DNA from: a candidate division WOR-3 bacterium
GTDB taxonomy: Bacteria > Hydrothermota > Tepidihabitantia > Tepidihabitantales > Tepidihabitantaceae
Length of the DNA: 40,894 bases
Reading direction: 5' to 3'
Assembly: GCA_037441285.1 (NCBI GenBank)
Contig: JBBISL010000018.1
Coordinates: 1-40,894, forward strand
Positions 37,001 to 40,894 of the stretch are shown here, piece after piece. The notes beneath the pieces are model-generated. The model saw only the letters and a list, made by a program, of their open reading frames with translations. It did not search any database and had not been told where the DNA came from. Position numbers and translations under genes: made by a program. Within the stretch, counting starts at the first letter, position 1; each line of letters starts with the position of its first letter.

Positions 37001-37577
37001 TCTGTTCCAACGGGACGATGTGAGACAGGCGCGGGAGAATCTGGAGCAGTCGCTCTTTGAGATTGACCGCCACGCCCGCGAGCAGTTCATCGCCACCTAT
37101 CAGGGGGTGCGTGCCGAGTTCCAGAAGATTTTTAAGGAGCTGTTTCTTGAAGGTGAAGCCGACCTGGTGCTGGTCAACGACGCCAATCCGCTGGAGTCAG
37201 AAGTGGCGATAATCGCCAAGCCGCGGGGCAAGAATCCGAAACGGCTGGAGCAACTTTCCGATGGCGAAAAGGCGCTGCTTGCGGTCTCGTTGCTTTTTGC
37301 CTTTTATCAGGTGAAGCCGGCACCGTTCTGTTTTCTTGACGAGGTTGATGCACCGCTGGACGATGTCAATGTTGGCAGGTTTGCCGATTACCTGAAACGG
37401 CTTTCGGCGCGAACGCAGGTGATTGTCATTACCCACAACCGTTCTACGGTAGAACGGGCTGATGTCCTGCTGGGCGTGACCGCGGAAGAGCCGGGCGTTT
37501 CCAAGGTGGTTGCGGTGAGTCTTGCCGAGTATCGGGCAAGGGAGCAGGGGACAACGGAAGAAAAGGCGTCAAACTGA
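34035..37577 (+). CDS. smc: Chromosome segregation protein SMC (atypical motifs)
   Basis: GFKSF, GPNGCGKSN, long coiled coils, central hinge, LGQVN, LSDGE, LDEVDAPLD, ITHN. Adjacent to ftsY. Confidence 0.95.
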   Translation: MYIKELQIFGFKSFQEKTTVRFSPGLNCIVGPNGCGKSNILDALRWVLGEQSFSVLRCAKTEDLIFAGTATAPPVNYAEVKLLLSTEDRPELGSAWFQGESLSEVEIRRRFFRSGESEYYLNRQPCRLRDIQDLFLSQGIGTKAYSIFDLRQMREIIAGNIRKMFEEAASLAKFRDAKEECQRKLELTQADLTRLEDIIAERERIVRSLQRQAGKLRAFQRLKQEEKGLRLIELKRIYERLVAEQEQVKAEVAELERSEAERLTEINRLEAELRQLHSRLLDVEGQREKVLGEVERRRKLIAEIEKQAAMEEQEFLFLKQRAEEAQSTQSRLKAEVARLEQLFLQTVQQLAQRNHHLEAVQRQLEKTREQTKADEEELYRRQQEVKELQERLQTLLEEEQHLLNAQAKAEAELENTIGAQERVKQERTVITERINQVEMELNELSRGVEKAQTVKRTLQHRVAALRSEINSIEGRLEQSKRKRRALQDEKGLWEQELAALTARFARDETRVAKTVLGANAAVEAGKFLEPMPGWERASEAAFFPFLDFITCSDFSTETLTQLEQDGGKLRIGFLVDTERSRITSGADNLIPDERILGVLADFVKVKSEAPVLLSQIAQNFLVVRDRQALVELKEKFPERFFVSADGVAWFGDGRLVFVGSGASRLALSREIADKERRLEEINGEIERLSDEETEDEQKKASLIRELERVESESVVSEKEQVRAESRSAMAQTLRAELQRETERLRGEAARLEGVQKRLEAKLQEINEQRANVSQLISSAKGELARMESAANEGAAIVKKGLEEATQLIAAVSEDRRHIERLEVESEHIRQEIEEKRREINAAQQVIARAEERQSGAVMKAQERQNAIASLQAELKALERELERFSTQEIARAQEVLEKNIAERRQVQEQGQKVLFERRLRIAELDTKIKAVVEEAQSSYQTDIATFVPEPVEGFEERLQKVRHRIEALGQVNPLAATEYEEERKDLERLLFQRDDVRQARENLEQSLFEIDRHAREQFIATYQGVRAEFQKIFKELFLEGEADLVLVNDANPLESEVAIIAKPRGKNPKRLEQLSDGEKALLAVSLLFAFYQVKPAPFCFLDEVDAPLDDVNVGRFADYLKRLSARTQVIVITHNRSTVERADVLLGVTAEEPGVSKVVAVSLAEYRAREQGTTEEKASN

Positions 37578-38426
37578 ATGGGCATCAGGCAGGGGCTGGC
37601 AAAGACCAGGGAGTTTTTCCGCCGGTTAATCAAGTCGGTTAATACCGAGGAGCTGGAGGAGTTGTTGCTGGCGGCGGATGTCGGGGTTAAGGCGACGACG
37701 CAACTGGTTGAGGCGGTGCGGCGCAGTCGCGGTGCGCCCGCCGAAGTACTGAAAAACGAGATTGTCAAGATTTTTGCGGCAGCGAACCGGGCGCCTTTCA
37801 AGGATCTCGAACCACCGCTCGTCATTATGGTTGTCGGTGTGAACGGTTCGGGTAAGACGACAACCATCGGTAAGTTGTGTTATCGATTTGCCCGTGAGAA
37901 CAAGCGGGTTTTGGTGGCGGCAGCCGATACCTACCGGGATGCGGCGGCACAACAGGTGCGCATCTGGGCAGACCGTTCTGATGGCGAACTGGTGTTTTCG
38001 CACAAGGGACAGGATGCGGCGGCGGTGGTGTTTGACACCCTGCAAAAGGCGGTGCGGGAAAAGCGGGATGTGGTCCTGATTGACACGGCGGGCCGGCTCC
38101 ACACCCGGAAAGATTTGATGGCTGAGGCGGTAAAGATTAAACGGGTCTGCGGCAAAGTTAAACCCGGTGCCCCGGAAGAAGTCTGGTTGGTACTTGACGC
38201 CACGGTCGGCCAGAATGGCATCAAACAGGCGCTAACTTTTCATCAGGAACTGGGGCTTACCGGGATAATCATGGCGAAACTGGACGGTACCGCAAAAGGT
38301 GGGGTTTTGATTCCGGTGGTTCTGGAACTGGGGATACCGGTGCGATTTGTCGGTGTCGGGGAAGGGGTTGAGGACCTGGTGCCATTTGTGCCGGAGGAGT
38401 TCGTCGAGGCGCTGTTTGAAGGGTAA
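37578..38426 (+). CDS. ftsY: SRP receptor FtsY (minimal NG form)
   Basis: LLAADVG, GVNGSGKTTT, DTYR, DTAGR, GQNG, KLDGTAKGG, GVGE..DL. Confidence 0.97.
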   Translation: MGIRQGLAKTREFFRRLIKSVNTEELEELLLAADVGVKATTQLVEAVRRSRGAPAEVLKNEIVKIFAAANRAPFKDLEPPLVIMVVGVNGSGKTTTIGKLCYRFARENKRVLVAAADTYRDAAAQQVRIWADRSDGELVFSHKGQDAAAVVFDTLQKAVREKRDVVLIDTAGRLHTRKDLMAEAVKIKRVCGKVKPGAPEEVWLVLDATVGQNGIKQALTFHQELGLTGIIMAKLDGTAKGGVLIPVVLELGIPVRFVGVGEGVEDLVPFVPEEFVEALFEG

Positions 38427-38459
38427 ACGGTTTGCCGCCGGCACGGCGCTGAGCCGGCA

Positions 38460-40061
38460 CTAATCCTTTGGTTTTATCCGGGAAAGGGTCTCAATTGCCC
38501 AGCGTGCCATCTCCTTTACCTCCCCTAATTCGCGGCTGATGGGCCAGGGACGGGCAATCCGCTGCAGTCTTGCAATGATATCGGTTACCCGCAGGTCGGT
38601 GAGTGCTTCAATCGCCGCAATGCGGACCTCCGGTTCGGGGTCGTCAAGGGCTTTGATGAGTAACGGGATCGCGGCCGGGTTGCCAATTTTTCCCAGGGCA
38701 CGGAAGGTGTTGCTGCGTACCAGGTCGCTGGGGTCGTTTGCCATCTCCATAAGTTTAATACTCGAGCGGTAGTCACGCAGTTTGCCCAGTGCCTGAGCCG
38801 CCATCGCCCGGACGACATGATTGGTGTCGTCCAGGGCGGTAAGCAGCGCGGGCGCAACTGACGGTTCGCCGATTTCGCCCAGGGCCTGGGCTGAGACGAT
38901 TCGCACCCAGACATTGTTGTCGGTCAAGCCGAGGCAGAGCCGTTCGCAGGCGCCCTGATAGCGCAGACGGCCCAGGACATCAATTGCCCGGGCACGTACC
39001 TCAGCCGAAGGATGGGTCAAAAGGGCAAAGGTGGGTTCAACCGCCAGTTCGCCGAGCAGTTCCAGCTGGTTTGCCGCGAGACCGGCGACCTTGGGGTCGG
39101 CATCTTCGAGGGCATGGCTCAGTTTTTCCGCGGCGCGGAGATGGCGGATTTTCCCGAGCGCCCGTACCGCGACAATGCGCACCCGGGCATCAGGGTCAAG
39201 CAACAGCCGGGCGAGGAGGTCAATTGTTACAGGTTTACCCAGAGTTCCCAGAGCCTCGGCGGCGATTACCCGGATAAACGGGTTGTCGTGGTTGAGCAGT
39301 TCGGTAAGGGGCGGAATTGCGGCATCGCCCAGTTCAACCAGCCGATTTAACACCTGATTTACGGCACCGGGGTCGTCGGGTGAAAGGAAGTGAAGGATAT
39401 TTTTAACCGAGCGGTCGGAAAGTTCCTGAAGCGCCTGCACCGCGGTGTTGCGTACTTCGGGTGACGGGTCTTCAGCGGCAAGTCGTGCCAGTGCGGTTGC
39501 GCCGGCACGGTCACCAATCTTGCCCAGCGCCTGAGCCGCTGCCTGGCGGACTTCGGGATGGCTGTCCGCCAGTTCATCGATGAGCGGGTTGACCGCTTCC
39601 GGGGTGCCGATTTCGCCCAGGGCTTGAGCCGCGGTGATTTGAACTTCCGGGTTGAGGTCGCGGAGCAGTTCAAGTAAACCGAAGACCGCCGGTTCGGTGT
39701 TGATTTTTTTCAACGCCCGGGCAATCGCTTTACGCAGCGCCGGGTCCGGTTCATTCAGATGTTTGAGCAGGATGTCAATTGCGTCCGGATGGTTCAGGTT
39801 GCCAAGCAGTTCAACAATCTCAATTGCCAGAGGTCCCCGACTCCCGGCGAGATAGCGAATAACCGGTTCGGCAGCTGCCTTTCTCATCGCTGTTAGCGCG
39901 GCAATTGTTTTGGTCCGGATGGCTGGTTCCGGGTCGTCAAGCAGGAATACAAGAGCGCCCGCCGCGGTTTCCGGTTCGATGGTGCGTAACTGGTCAATCG
40001 CATGACTGCGGATTGCCGGGTCCGGGTGCTGGAGTTGCGCGAGCAGGGCTTGTAAGGGCAT
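38460..40061 (-). CDS. HEAT (PBS-lyase-like) repeat protein
   Basis: About 31-aa repeats of L.D....VR..AA.ALG.IG along the whole length. No other domain. Confidence 0.93.
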   Translation of the reverse strand: MPLQALLAQLQHPDPAIRSHAIDQLRTIEPETAAGALVFLLDDPEPAIRTKTIAALTAMRKAAAEPVIRYLAGSRGPLAIEIVELLGNLNHPDAIDILLKHLNEPDPALRKAIARALKKINTEPAVFGLLELLRDLNPEVQITAAQALGEIGTPEAVNPLIDELADSHPEVRQAAAQALGKIGDRAGATALARLAAEDPSPEVRNTAVQALQELSDRSVKNILHFLSPDDPGAVNQVLNRLVELGDAAIPPLTELLNHDNPFIRVIAAEALGTLGKPVTIDLLARLLLDPDARVRIVAVRALGKIRHLRAAEKLSHALEDADPKVAGLAANQLELLGELAVEPTFALLTHPSAEVRARAIDVLGRLRYQGACERLCLGLTDNNVWVRIVSAQALGEIGEPSVAPALLTALDDTNHVVRAMAAQALGKLRDYRSSIKLMEMANDPSDLVRSNTFRALGKIGNPAAIPLLIKALDDPEPEVRIAAIEALTDLRVTDIIARLQRIARPWPISRELGEVKEMARWAIETLSRIKPKD

Positions 40062-40062
40062 T

Positions 40063-40410
40063 TTACTTGCGGCGCGGGTCTGGTCGGTTCAACGCTGCCT
40101 TGAGCCAGTCAAGGTACTTCTGGTAGCTGGTGGCAATCGGCAGGCCGATAATTTCCGGAACTTCGTAGGGGTGAAGGGCTTTAACCGTTTTTTCGAGTAG
40201 CGGGTATGATGACCGGTCCGTTTTCACAATACAGAGGTATTCGCGGGAGAACGCAATTTTCCCCCGCCACCAGTAACGACTGGTAATCGGTCCGGTCGTC
40301 TGAACACAGGCGGCGACTTTTTTCTCAAGCAATGCGCCGGTGATTTTCCGGGCGGTTGCCCGGTCCGGAACGGTGATAAACACCTGGAGATAGGAAAAAC
40401 GACTTTTCAC
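40063..40410 (-). CDS. cutA: Divalent-cation tolerance protein CutA
   Basis: AAC, SRYWWRGKI...E, KT, LHPYEVPEI, YLDW. Start reassigned to GTG 40410, 6 nt after a -10 element. Confidence 0.93.
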   Translation of the reverse strand: MKSRFSYLQVFITVPDRATARKITGALLEKKVAACVQTTGPITSRYWWRGKIAFSREYLCIVKTDRSSYPLLEKTVKALHPYEVPEIIGLPIATSYQKYLDWLKAALNRPDPRRK

Positions 40411-40416
40411 CTTAAA

Positions 40417-40445
40417 AGTGTGCCGGCAGTTTTCCTTGTAGTCAA
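40417..40445 (-). promoter_or_regulatory. Sigma70-type promoter of cutA (leaderless)
   Basis: Minus strand TTGACT-17nt-CACACT-6nt-GTG. Confidence 0.6.
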
Positions 40446-40492
40446 GAGGTAATGGTAATGTCTGCGGCATCGAGTTCATCGTTCGCTAATGC

Positions 40493-40645
40493 GGGGTGCT
40501 CAGCGGTTTCACCTTTGGCACTGTTAAGTAAAGCCGGTCGCAATTCCCTACCCAAAACGCCATTTTGCCTCTCACTCCGAAGGATGGGGTAGGCGGGTTT
40601 TTAGTCTGCCGTGTCTTAACTGGACGGTGGCTTGCCATTTCAGTT
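40493..40645 (-). repeat. Unknown intergenic element, copy B (diverged match to 27298-27520)
   Basis: Same ordered blocks as copy A. CCTACCC/GGGTAGG stem at 40547-40553 / 40587-40593. Confidence 0.55.
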
Positions 40646-40709
40646 TACCCGGTATTGTTTACAAGTTGTGGTTGAGACCGCGTGCGGGCGATTAACTCTT
40701 TTTCCGGGG

Positions 40710-40737
40710 TTGACCGGGATGAAATTGTAAGTATAAT
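40710..40737 (+). promoter_or_regulatory. Sigma70 promoter
   Basis: TTGACC-16nt-TATAAT upstream of the gene at 40798. Confidence 0.75.
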
Positions 40738-40797
40738 TAAATGCGAAGCGGACTTTATGTTGTATTTGAGAAGTTTTAACCCCAAAAGGAGGCGTTT

Positions 40798-40894
40798 ATG
40801 AGAAGAGTCGTCCTGGTGCTCCTTGCGCTTTTGCTTGGCGCAAGTTTCGGGCTCGTGAGTCCGGACTTGGAGCGGCGTTTGGCAGAGTCGGATG
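40798..40894 (+). CDS. N-terminus of a secreted protein, truncated by the window edge
   Basis: SD AAGGAGG, then MRRVVLVLLALLLGASFGLVSPDLERRLAESD (Sec signal peptide). Open to the end of the window. Confidence 0.8.
   Translation, partial: MRRVVLVLLALLLGASFGLVSPDLERRLAESD

Noticed and set aside
34035..37577. SMC as a Wadjet/MksB or SbcC/Rad50 protein
   Set aside because: No jet/mks or sbcD neighbours and no zinc-hook CxxC. The smc-ftsY synteny indicates the housekeeping SMC.
40411..40479. N-terminal extensions in the ORF track (cutA; also plsC, fabZ, lpxA, folC and the disulfide oxidoreductase)
   Set aside because: Downstream starts fit SD, promoter or overlap evidence and family N-termini better.
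40741..40779. 12-codon upstream ORF MRSGLYVVFEKF
   Set aside because: The ATG is only 3 nt after the -10 box, so it probably lies upstream of the transcription start.

Overview
Gene-dense core-chromosome segment of a diderm, probably anaerobic and proteolytic bacterium. The gene content and the T9SS-like C-terminal domains suggest an FCB-superphylum lineage such as candidate division WOR-3, which is inference only. Contents in order: 3' end of an HtrA protease; purB; a 2-oxoacid:ferredoxin oxidoreductase (alpha plus fused beta-gamma) / acyl-CoA dehydrogenase / 60-aa Sm-like protein / DUF362-ferredoxin block; uvrB; a long operon (beta-barrel protein, cNMP-binding protein, cmk-plsC-ispH-rpsA-mtaB-skp-lpxD-lpxC-fabZ-lpxA-folC); an FmdB-type zinc ribbon, HU and an unannotated 31-aa bS22-like protein; a priming sugar transferase; a tandem Lrp-like protein; yjbQ-aminotransferase-S8 protease; macrodomain, secreted CapA-family protein and protein disulfide oxidoreductase; an ECF sigma/anti-sigma/Spy module; smc-ftsY; cutA-HEAT repeat protein; and the start of a secreted protein. 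I found no rRNA, tRNA, CRISPR array, transposase or prophage. The most notable observations are: (i) two divergent-promoter intergenic regions appear to be diverged copies of one unknown non-coding element; (ii) operon-first genes are repeatedly leaderless; (iii) a duplicated candidate ECF promoter; (iv) an SMC with a degenerate Q-loop, signature and hinge; (v) atypical LpxD/LpxC/LpxA, with a repeat mosaic where the LpxD N-terminal domain should be; (vi) a candidate LSm-like microprotein. All alignments were made by eye and no database searches were run.
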